A stretch of DNA of 64,000 nucleotides from Cyanobacteria bacterium P01_A01_bin.123 (GTDB lineage: Bacteria > Cyanobacteriota > Cyanobacteriia > Phormidesmidales > Phormidesmidaceae), in the NCBI GenBank assembly GCA_039815185.1, contig JBCBZT010000008.1, positions 32,001 to 96,000 on the forward strand. The letters run 5' to 3'. How positions within the stretch are numbered: the stretch's first letter is position 1; each line of letters opens with the position of its first letter. The notes beneath the pieces were generated by a model, which made no database searches, was not told the origin of the DNA, and worked only from the letters and a program-made list of their open reading frames with translations. The translations under genes and the position numbers were made by a program. This document shows positions 38,239-46,008 of the stretch, piece after piece.

Positions 38239-40104
38239 CCCACAGGTTTCTACCTGAACGAAAGTTCTCAGTAATCTTGTCAGATCATTGAGGATAAAAT
38301 TTCTAGACGTCTCCTCACCAAAAAACTCAACGGTACCTTGGTAATCGTCCAACTGTGGTAGATGTCCCTTTGGGGCGTCTAGGGATAACTTTTGGTTAAA
38401 GCGCCAAACGTCTGGCTCTTTCCAACCGACTTGTTCTGCAAATTTCAATAGGAAGGGCTGAGCTGTTTCCCGATCCCGAGTATTTTCGAGGGTTCCGCCG
38501 ACACTTTTATAAATCTCCTTTTGCACGCTAAAGCCAAAGCGATTGTCGCTGTGCTCTAGCCAGAGTTGGTCAAGCATGCGTAGGTCTTCGCACGCTAGCT
38601 CATTAGTAGTAGCAGTGGCGGATGTCAGAAAGTTCAACATTCTAAAGGTTTCTACATTGGCATCTTGCCAGCGTTGAGCGGCTAAAAGCTGGCGCAAATT
38701 GGCGTAGTAATCAGACGAGAGGTAACTCGATGAAGCCAAATTCAGCTCATCAGGGTTTGTCCATGAGTTCGGGTAAGTTGGGTTGTCAGTGGGGGCAATA
38801 TCTACCCAAGGTGGGGATTCACTGGAGGGCGCGATCGCGTTAGGGCTAGCGGTTGGCTCAGATGGGGATGTCTCTGATTGGGATGACTGTTCGCTAGGGG
38901 GACGCATTAAGACAATGGATAGGGTGACTACAGCTGCGATCGCGACGCCGACCCCACCTAACTGGAATAACCGCTGCCGACTCAAGCTGAACGATTGACG
39001 GGTTATCGGTTGAGCGGCTACAGGTTGAGGGGCTGCTGGGAGTAACGCTGCTTCAACAGGTGCAATATCGTCATGCTGCAACCCTAAAAGGTGCTGAAAC
39101 TGCTTGAGCTCTCTGCGGGTTTGATCGCTCAAGGGTTGTCCGGACGCGATCGCAGTCTCAACCGCCTGACGATACCGCTCTATATTGCTCAACCGCTCCC
39201 GGTATGGATGCAAGACTTCATCTTCGATTTTGTTCGCCGTTTCAGTGGTTAAGCCCAACTGGTCGCGTAGGGTATCCAAAATCATGCGACCCACCTGAGA
39301 AATTTCCCCCTGATTGACATAGCGCTGGGCTTCTTGGCGGTAACGCAGTGCTGGATCGTCAATTTGAGCCCGGATCAGCTGAATCTTGAACCCTTCTTTA
39401 ACGGCATAGATTTCCGGGTGCATGGCGGGGGCTGTTTCTCGCACTTTGCTCTTGGCGTAGTTGTGGAGTTCTTCAACATCAACCCAACCATCGTGGTTGA
39501 GATCGGCAACCCCCGTACTCAAACCTTCAACAATGTAGCGGGTATAGATAGAGAGATCCGACGATTGGTCTTCGAAGGAATATTGGGTCGAGGTTGATGA
39601 GGTAAGCACGACTCGCCCTTCACCCCCCAGTTGGGCCTTGATGTCTACGGCTGAGTCATCGGCTTTTGCCGTCATGCCCGTGGCAAACGCGCCACTGAAA
39701 CAACAGTCTAAAATCACAACCTGCCGTCTGCAGCGGCTATGGCTCATCAGCTCTTGCACAAAGCTGGCATTGACCGCTGTTGATCGAATCAATTCGCCAG
39801 TGGCTGTTTTCTGCGTATCTCGTGTGGCGAAGTAAAGCCTGCCCTGGTCATCTTTAATGCCGTGGCCTGAGAAGAACAGCAAAGCTAAGTCGTCTTTAGA
39901 TCTTTCTGCAAACAAAGACTCTATTTTGACCCGCAAGGTCTGCGGATCTGGATTTAGCAAGGTTTGGACAGTATCAAATCGACTTTCAGGATCACCGCTT
40001 TGAAGTGCGCGCTGAATCGCGTCGATGTCCTGTTGGGCTTTGGGAAGAGGACTGAGGCCAGGTTGGTACTCACTGACGCCAACTAACAGGGCAACTTTTG
40101 CCAT
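38233..40104 (-). CDS. Caspase (peptidase C14) domain protein with helical repeats, TM segment and C-terminal GUN4 domain
   Basis: KVALLVGVSEY, FFSGHG and ILDCCFSG (His/Cys dyad intact); TM GVGVAIAAVVTLSIVL; GUN4 motifs YANLRQLLAAQRWQDANVET, LDQLWLEHSDNRFGFSVQKEIY, APKGHLP. Confidence 0.9.
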   Translation of the reverse strand: MAKVALLVGVSEYQPGLSPLPKAQQDIDAIQRALQSGDPESRFDTVQTLLNPDPQTLRVKIESLFAERSKDDLALLFFSGHGIKDDQGRLYFATRDTQKTATGELIRSTAVNASFVQELMSHSRCRRQVVILDCCFSGAFATGMTAKADDSAVDIKAQLGGEGRVVLTSSTSTQYSFEDQSSDLSIYTRYIVEGLSTGVADLNHDGWVDVEELHNYAKSKVRETAPAMHPEIYAVKEGFKIQLIRAQIDDPALRYRQEAQRYVNQGEISQVGRMILDTLRDQLGLTTETANKIEDEVLHPYRERLSNIERYRQAVETAIASGQPLSDQTRRELKQFQHLLGLQHDDIAPVEAALLPAAPQPVAAQPITRQSFSLSRQRLFQLGGVGVAIAAVVTLSIVLMRPPSEQSSQSETSPSEPTASPNAIAPSSESPPWVDIAPTDNPTYPNSWTNPDELNLASSSYLSSDYYANLRQLLAAQRWQDANVETFRMLNFLTSATATTNELACEDLRMLDQLWLEHSDNRFGFSVQKEIYKSVGGTLENTRDRETAQPFLLKFAEQVGWKEPDVWRFNQKLSLDAPKGHLPQLDDYQGTVEFFGEETSRNFILNDLTRLLRTFVQVETCGL

Positions 40105-40280
40105 GGGAACTTTGTAAATGCTATTACGGGGGCTGTCTCTGTGTGCTACAGCAGTTTTTGCAGACTTTCAGATTATTATGTCTCTCATTGGCCTTCAATC
40201 AAATATGGAAGTGTTGGCAATACGACTTCTAGAAGCGCCTTCGATATGATGGGTTGAGTCTTTCAGGCAATTGTTTTGTT

Positions 40281-41558
40281 ATGGATCGCATTGCCCAGTT
40301 CACCGAGGCGTATCGCAATCTGAACTTGTTTCCCCTGCTGTCAGCGGAAGATATTGGGCAATTTCGCGTCCCCTATGGTCAGCGCATTTTATCCCGATTA
40401 AAAAGAGCGATTTTGGCTGCGGGGGATGAGGGCAAGCTAATTTTTACCGGGCATCGAGGCTGCGGGAAATCCACCCTGCTGAACCAACTTGCGTTGGACA
40501 TGAGAAAAGAAGATCTCTTCGTCGCTTTTTTCTCCATTGCTGACATGGTGGAAATGTCGGATGTGAATCACATCAACATCCTTTATTCCATCGCGCTGAA
40601 GCTGCTGAGTCAGGCGACGAAGATGCGAGTGCCAATCCCTGAGACGACTAAAACCGCACTGATTAACTGGTTCAGCCAAACAAAGTCTCAAACCTATACT
40701 CAGCAGCTCAAGCAGGAACTTGCAGCAGGGGTGAATGTTTTCGATTTTTTCACTGGCAAGCTGCAAAAGGAAGGCTCTTTTAGAGAAGAGATTAAAGAAA
40801 CTTACGAACGTCGCGTTTCTGAGTTATCTCAGCACATCGATTTAATTGCCGCAGCCATTCAAACCGCGACGCAGAAAAAAGTGCTGGTGATCATTGACGA
40901 CCTGGATAAGCTTGATCTAGAAGTCGTCAAACCCATCTTCTTAGACAACATTAAGGCACTGTGTTCGCCCCATATTCGGGTAGTGTTTACGGTGCCGATT
41001 GCGGTGGTGCGCGAAACTCGGCTGTTGGCTACGCTAGAGTCTGAAAGCCGGATCGTGATGCTATCGGTGACGAAATTTTTCCCGAAGGAAGTCGCCCATG
41101 ACGCTGATGCAGAGCCGATTGAGGCCAATGTGGAGATGCTAGAGAGGGTGCTGGAAAAACGTATCCCCGATGCGTTAATTGAGCCAGACGTTAAACGAAA
41201 AATTGTGATCCTCAGCGGTGGCGTGTTGAGAGAACTGGTGCGGTTGGGCCAAGAATGTTGCCGGGAGTGCATGTTGGAGTTGGACATTGACCCAAAGAAA
41301 ACCGATCTCAAAATCGACCAGGCAATCTTAAAGGAAGCGGTGAAGTCGATACGCAACCAGTTTGCCCGGACTTTGGGCACTAATCTCTATGAATTGCTGG
41401 TTGAAACCTACACAAAATTCACCCCGCCCGATGCTAAGAGCGATGAGTTTTTAGAACTCCTCCATGGGCTATATGTGTTGGAATATGAGAATGACGACCT
41501 GTGGTACGACCTGCATCCCCTGGTGACGGATCTGCTGCGACGCAAAAGTTTGATCTAG
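40281..41558 (+). CDS. P-loop NTPase (STAND/KAP-like AAA ATPase), module 2
   Basis: IFTGHRGCGKSTLL, LVIIDDLDK, FTVPI, SGGVLRELVRL, VLEYEN...HPLV; paralogue of 25460-26803. Confidence 0.88.
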   Translation: MDRIAQFTEAYRNLNLFPLLSAEDIGQFRVPYGQRILSRLKRAILAAGDEGKLIFTGHRGCGKSTLLNQLALDMRKEDLFVAFFSIADMVEMSDVNHINILYSIALKLLSQATKMRVPIPETTKTALINWFSQTKSQTYTQQLKQELAAGVNVFDFFTGKLQKEGSFREEIKETYERRVSELSQHIDLIAAAIQTATQKKVLVIIDDLDKLDLEVVKPIFLDNIKALCSPHIRVVFTVPIAVVRETRLLATLESESRIVMLSVTKFFPKEVAHDADAEPIEANVEMLERVLEKRIPDALIEPDVKRKIVILSGGVLRELVRLGQECCRECMLELDIDPKKTDLKIDQAILKEAVKSIRNQFARTLGTNLYELLVETYTKFTPPDAKSDEFLELLHGLYVLEYENDDLWYDLHPLVTDLLRRKSLI

Positions 41559-41575
41559 AAACCGGGTTTCTTGAA

Positions 41576-43043
41576 CAATACCTTCGCCAAGTTAGGCGGA
41601 GGTAGCGTCGTGAGGAGGGGGATGAATGCGCCCTAAGCTGGCGAGGCGATTGAGCGCCTGACTCCAGAAACTGGGTTTGGTTTTTTGGGGAAGGAGATTG
41701 ATGATTTCGGTGGCATAGCGATAGCCTCGGGCATAGGCCTTGAGGTCGAGAATCGAGGCATTGGGGTCAGTGCGGCGAAACTCATGCAAGAGGCAATGGG
41801 ACAGATTGACCATGAAGAAGGCGAGATTAGCCGCATTGGTAACCGTCGTTTGCCGAATCGTCATGAAGTCTTCAAGCCCCCAGAACTGCTTAGCGTCCCG
41901 GAAATTAAACTTGATTTGGAAGCGCAAACTGTAATAATCGACTAGGACATCAGCCGCCAACGCCAAATCACTACTGAAGAGAATGACATGGCCCCGGGCC
42001 TGCGTGCGCAAGTTAATCTTTTCTAGGATCACGACATTGAGCGGATAGGCAAACTGTTCATGGACAGCGGTGCCTTGATACCGATTGGTTTGAAGGGTGC
42101 CAGTGCGCCCTGAGGTGACGCTCTGCTGGGTCAACCAGGCGACCGGGAGGGCCTGGTAATCGAGTCTAAGGCCATACTTGGCCCGCTTGTTCGAGCCGGT
42201 GTAGGGCTGGTGCAAGGCCAAGTCGCTGCGTAATTTCGAGATCAGATGCAGCCGCTGAGCTCGCACCATACAGAGGGCGTTATTGTTGCCAAAGTGACCA
42301 TCTAAGACCAGATAGTTCACAGTTAACCACCCGCCGATGCGGCTCAGCAGGGCGGCCAGTCCCGCGCTAAGCCGTTGCAGTTCTGGCGTTAAGGTGACCT
42401 CATCTTTGGCTTTCGTTTTCCGTCCCTTGGGGCGTCCTCCCCGCGACACGGGCGCGGGCGAACCGGGTTGGGCTGCTTTCTGCTTTGCCGCTTTCGCCGC
42501 TTTCGCCGCCTCAATCGCCGCTTTCTCCTCTGCCGTACGCACGACTTGCTCCACGCTCACCGGATAGGACTGCCGCTCCCCCACCGCGACCAAGGACAAG
42601 GCGAAAAAGGCTACTCCTGGCACTGCTTTGTCGTACAAGCTGCTATAAAACCGGTCGAGTCCGTAGGTTTGCCGACCTGCTTTGGTGACAACAACCTCGT
42701 CTCCCGCCAGAATATACCTCTCCTGGCGACGGTAACACTGCTGTTGAAACAAGACCCAAAATAAGCTCGCCCACGGAATCACCGTGCTGAAAAACCGCTG
42801 CACACTCCGATAGCTTCCCTCACCCTCCGTCCAGCGTGAGATCCCCAGCATCGTCACCCGCCCACTCATCGCCAGCATCCCCTGGGCTATCCGACTCAAC
42901 CGCCGCACGTTTGTCTTGTCCCAACTCGGTCGCAAGCCTTCTAGGAGCGCTAAAGTGTCTAGCATGGGTTTCTGGATTAGAGGGGTTGTTTGGTTACCAT
43001 CACTCTATTTCAGAAGCCCTTCCTCGTTTTGGCGAAGGTATTG
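41576..43043 (-). mobile_element. Insertion sequence (IS4-superfamily DDE, IS4/IS701-like), 1468 bp
   Basis: Perfect 15-bp terminal inverted repeats CAATACCTTCGCCAA (41576-41590) and TTGGCGAAGGTATTG (43029-43043) enclosing one transposase ORF; higher GC than flanks. Confidence 0.93.
41592..42965 (-). CDS. DDE transposase (catalytic Glu apparently replaced by Lys)
   Basis: LAGDEVV, LVLDGHFG, YSLRFQIKFNFRDAK, where the Y-x2-R-x3-E-x6-K motif has K at the E position (codon at 41910-41912). Confidence 0.9.
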   Translation of the reverse strand: MLDTLALLEGLRPSWDKTNVRRLSRIAQGMLAMSGRVTMLGISRWTEGEGSYRSVQRFFSTVIPWASLFWVLFQQQCYRRQERYILAGDEVVVTKAGRQTYGLDRFYSSLYDKAVPGVAFFALSLVAVGERQSYPVSVEQVVRTAEEKAAIEAAKAAKAAKQKAAQPGSPAPVSRGGRPKGRKTKAKDEVTLTPELQRLSAGLAALLSRIGGWLTVNYLVLDGHFGNNNALCMVRAQRLHLISKLRSDLALHQPYTGSNKRAKYGLRLDYQALPVAWLTQQSVTSGRTGTLQTNRYQGTAVHEQFAYPLNVVILEKINLRTQARGHVILFSSDLALAADVLVDYYSLRFQIKFNFRDAKQFWGLEDFMTIRQTTVTNAANLAFFMVNLSHCLLHEFRRTDPNASILDLKAYARGYRYATEIINLLPQKTKPSFWSQALNRLASLGRIHPPPHDATSA

Positions 43044-43080
43044 TACAAAGAAACCCGGTTTCTGGACAGCCCCAAACACC

Positions 43081-44724
43081 ATGCCCCCACCCGACCTCGA
43101 CCCCCTGAATCAACGCGAGTTTCGCAAGCTGGTGCTGTCGATCGAAGCCAGCGCCCAGCGCCTCGGCCTACTGCTGGCCATCTGCGACGACCGCAACCTA
43201 CAAGATAAGCTGATCACTACCTACGAAGCCGAACTCAAAGACCGGGGCATTACGCCCTTTCGCGCCCGGTTAGACCTGAAGCAACCCAGCCTCCGCGCCA
43301 CGCTGGCAAAACTAGAAGCCCAGGAACCCACCCTCCGGACTGGTGAACCTGCTGTGGTCACCGTGCTCAATGCAAATGAACTGCTCGGTGTGCGGCTGAC
43401 TGACGATAAATCAGAACAAGAGCGCTTTTTCTTTTCGTTGCAGTGGACGCGAGAAGCGTTGCGGCAGTTTAACGTTCCGATTGTGCTGTGGCTTTCTGAT
43501 GGGATTGCGACTCGGTTGAGTCAGGAGGCGAAAGATTTTTGGAGTTGGCGGAGTGGGGTGTTTGAGTTTGTGGCTCAGCCTCCAGCGGTGATTACTTCTC
43601 CATCGCATCTGGCAGGACAAACCACCCACCCTATCCCTATCGAGCAAGACAGCCAAATTCCGATTGAAGACCTGAAACAGCAAATTGCTGAACTGGAAAA
43701 GACTTCTCCAGAGTCACCGTTGCTGATCACGCTGTATAACACGTTGGGCAAAGCCTACGAGCATGAATATGCATATCGACAAGCCTTACAGCTTTACGAA
43801 CAAGCGCTGTCGCTAGCTGAAGCGAAACAAGACTCAGTAGGACAGGCCAGAGCTCTCTTCAACCTAGGTGACTCATTAAGATACTGTGGGCGACCGTTCC
43901 AAACCCTTGATTTCTATGAGCAGGCATTGGCACTTTACCAAGGAAACGAAGATCGCAGCGGTGAAGCCAGTTCCCTCGGCAATCTGGGGATTGCATACTA
44001 TTCGCTGGGTCAGTATCAGCGAGCAATCGAGTTCTATCAGCAGTCATTAGAAATTACACGCAACATTGGCGATCTCAGCGGCGAAGCAAATTCCCTTATG
44101 GGTCTGGGGATTGCATACTATTCGCTGGGTCAGTATCAGCGGGCGATTGAGTTCCACCAGCAGTCATTAGAAATTACACGCAACATTGGCGATCGCAACG
44201 GCGAAGCAAAGTCCCTCAATAATCTGGGGAATGCATACTATTTGTTAGGACAGTATCAACAGGCAATCGAGTTTTATCAGCAGTCATTAGAAATCCAACG
44301 CGACATTGGCGATCTCAGCGGCAAAGCAAGTTCCCTCAACAATCTGGGGAATGCATACGATTCGCTGGGTCAGTATCAACAGGCAATCGAGTTTTATCAG
44401 CAGTCATTAGAAATTCAACGTGACATTGGCGATCGCAAAGGTGAAGCAGCTTCACTTGGAAATCTGGGGAATGCCTACTATTCGCTAGGTCAATATCAAC
44501 AAACCATCGATTTTCAACAGCGGTCGCTAGAAATCAAACGCGACATTGGCGATCGCCATGGCGAAGCCAATGCTTATTTCAATAGTGGATTGGCTCTGTC
44601 AAGATTAGAGAAACATACTGAAGCCCAAGCCTCATTTGAAGCAGCCCGAGAAATATTTTTAGAGCTTGGCTTACAGAATGAAGTTGAACGATGTAATCAG
44701 CAAGTCGAATCCCAGCAAGAGTAG
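43081..44724 (+). CDS. TPR protein with degenerate NTPase-like N-domain, module 2
   Basis: ATG 43081 just outside the IS; N-domain ends LQWTREAL...AKDFWSWRSGVFEF; about 8 TPRs follow. The track start at 42916 is inside the IS. Confidence 0.88.
   Translation: MPPPDLDPLNQREFRKLVLSIEASAQRLGLLLAICDDRNLQDKLITTYEAELKDRGITPFRARLDLKQPSLRATLAKLEAQEPTLRTGEPAVVTVLNANELLGVRLTDDKSEQERFFFSLQWTREALRQFNVPIVLWLSDGIATRLSQEAKDFWSWRSGVFEFVAQPPAVITSPSHLAGQTTHPIPIEQDSQIPIEDLKQQIAELEKTSPESPLLITLYNTLGKAYEHEYAYRQALQLYEQALSLAEAKQDSVGQARALFNLGDSLRYCGRPFQTLDFYEQALALYQGNEDRSGEASSLGNLGIAYYSLGQYQRAIEFYQQSLEITRNIGDLSGEANSLMGLGIAYYSLGQYQRAIEFHQQSLEITRNIGDRNGEAKSLNNLGNAYYLLGQYQQAIEFYQQSLEIQRDIGDLSGKASSLNNLGNAYDSLGQYQQAIEFYQQSLEIQRDIGDRKGEAASLGNLGNAYYSLGQYQQTIDFQQRSLEIKRDIGDRHGEANAYFNSGLALSRLEKHTEAQASFEAAREIFLELGLQNEVERCNQQVESQQE
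43951..44550 (+). repeat. Five tandem 120-nt TPR-coding repeats
   Basis: GATC(G/T)CA..GG.GAAGC...AATCTGGGGA(T/A)TGCATACTATTCGCTGGGTCAGTATCA...CAGTCATTAGAAAT...ACATTGGC with 120-nt period. Confidence 0.9.
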
Positions 44725-44728
44725 TTGT

Positions 44729-45013
44729 ATGCCTATGACACGCTTTGAACTCATCGGGCGAATCGTGGAAAATCTATATCAGCTAGGTGACATAGAGCTA
44801 CAGGCCCTGCTAACTCAGCTTGACGGCGAACTCACCGACGAAACCATAACCGTAATCACCTACGGCACAGATGATACGGAACATTTGCTTAGCAGCCCTA
44901 GAAACGCAGAAATTTTGAATCAAGCTGTCGAAGATTTGAAAGATCAAGAATTGCTAACGCCTGAGTCCTTCCCCAACACCAACGTATGCCCCGAGGACTT
45001 CTCCAACGCCTGA
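44729..45013 (+). CDS. Small protein with YefM/Phd-like C-terminal motif
   Basis: ATG 4 nt after the TPR stop; DTEHLLSSPRNAEILNQAVEDL resembles the YefM toxin-binding segment; 3' end overlaps the slipin gene by 70 nt. Confidence 0.55.
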   Translation: MPMTRFELIGRIVENLYQLGDIELQALLTQLDGELTDETITVITYGTDDTEHLLSSPRNAEILNQAVEDLKDQELLTPESFPNTNVCPEDFSNA

Positions 45014-45675
45014 ATCAACCTTAACTGCATCAACGCCGGATTCTCCGCCGCTAACTTCGCCGCATTCGCCAAGTTCCGCAGCGCCGCCGTTTCCCCCCGT
45101 GCCCGCTCCAACGCCGCCAAACCTTCCTTTTGCGCCTTCACCACCTGGGTATAAATCCGCTTCAACTCCCCCGGCAGCATAATGTCTTTGATATTCACCG
45201 AAATCAGCCGCAGCCCCAACTCGCTCACCGGCTGAGCACACTGCGCTAAAAGCTGCTGACTGATGCGATCGCGTCCTGCCAGCACCTCATCCATCGTCAC
45301 CGCACCCACCACCGTCCTGATGCCCACCTGCATCAGCAAATAAAACGCCTGCTGGTAGTTATCCACCCGGTTAATTGCTACCACCGGGTCAACCACTTCA
45401 TAAGCCGCTGCCAGACTGATCTTGAGTGTGATGCTGTCAACACTCAAAATCTCTTGCCCCTGCACCGACACATACCTCGGGCGAATATCAACTTTGCGAA
45501 TGATGCTGCGACTCTTGTATAGCCAATATTGCCCCGGTGATAGCGTCCGCTGATAGCGACCCCGCTGATAGAGCAACCCCCGCTCGTATTCAAAAATGGT
45601 GATCCGTTTGAAACTGGCCGCGATCGCTGAAATGCCCAGCGCTAAAGCAATTAACGCCAACAATTCAATACGCAT
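44944..45675 (-). CDS. Slipin (SPFH / band-7) family protein
   Basis: N-terminal TM, ITIFEYERGLLY, GQEILSVDSITLKI, IKDIMLPGELK, ERARGETAALRNLANAAKL..NPALMQLR; GAGGA RBS. Confidence 0.92.
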   Translation of the reverse strand: MRIELLALIALALGISAIAASFKRITIFEYERGLLYQRGRYQRTLSPGQYWLYKSRSIIRKVDIRPRYVSVQGQEILSVDSITLKISLAAAYEVVDPVVAINRVDNYQQAFYLLMQVGIRTVVGAVTMDEVLAGRDRISQQLLAQCAQPVSELGLRLISVNIKDIMLPGELKRIYTQVVKAQKEGLAALERARGETAALRNLANAAKLAAENPALMQLRLIQALEKSSGHTLVLGKDSGVSNS

Positions 45676-45696
45676 AGCGGATTCCTCACATGATCG

Positions 45697-45911
45697 TTAA
45701 ACCCCGCCTAAAGCGTCAACCTGCACGGGCGGAGGACTTAACCTACAGAGCCCAAGCAAGCATGCCGAAGCAGACCCTTTAGACGAGGGGGTATAGCTAG
45801 GGGTTGAACCTAGTCGGATAGCAAAAACACAGCTGTGTTTTTCGCTCACCTGGTGAGACTTGCCATAGGCCAAATCCAGTTGCAGATGCCAACTCGACGG
45901 CACGCAAGCCC
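45697..45911 (-). ncRNA. Putative tRNA-like structured RNA upstream of slipin
   Basis: Minus strand: TATAAC box (45918-45923); outer stem GCGTGCCG/CGGCATGC; acceptor-like TATGG/CTATA; D-like arm CTC-ACCAGGT-GAG; long hairpin GAAAAACAC-AGCT-GTGTTTTT; T-arm CTAGG-TTCAACC-CCTAG (45797-45813); second GGTTAAGTCC loop. Confidence 0.6.
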
Positions 45912-46008
45912 AAACTTGTTATAGCGTTCTTCGCTTACTTCCAATCAGCGTTTGTTGTCAAAAGTTTTAATGTAGGCTAGATCAACGCAGTGAAATCTAA
46001 GGTAAACC

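Noticed and set aside
42916..43080. N-terminal extension of the TPR protein given in the ORF track
   Set aside because: It lies within the IS end and the hairpin arm; ATG 43081 is the plausible native start.
45790..45870. Functional canonical tRNA gene
   Set aside because: No 7-nt anticodon loop, acceptor helix only 5-6 bp, no CCA; kept only as a tRNA-like element.
45697..45903. 68-aa ORF upstream of slipin
   Set aside because: GTG start only about 8 nt from the predicted transcript start, no RBS, no recognisable protein features; the region is better explained as structured RNA.
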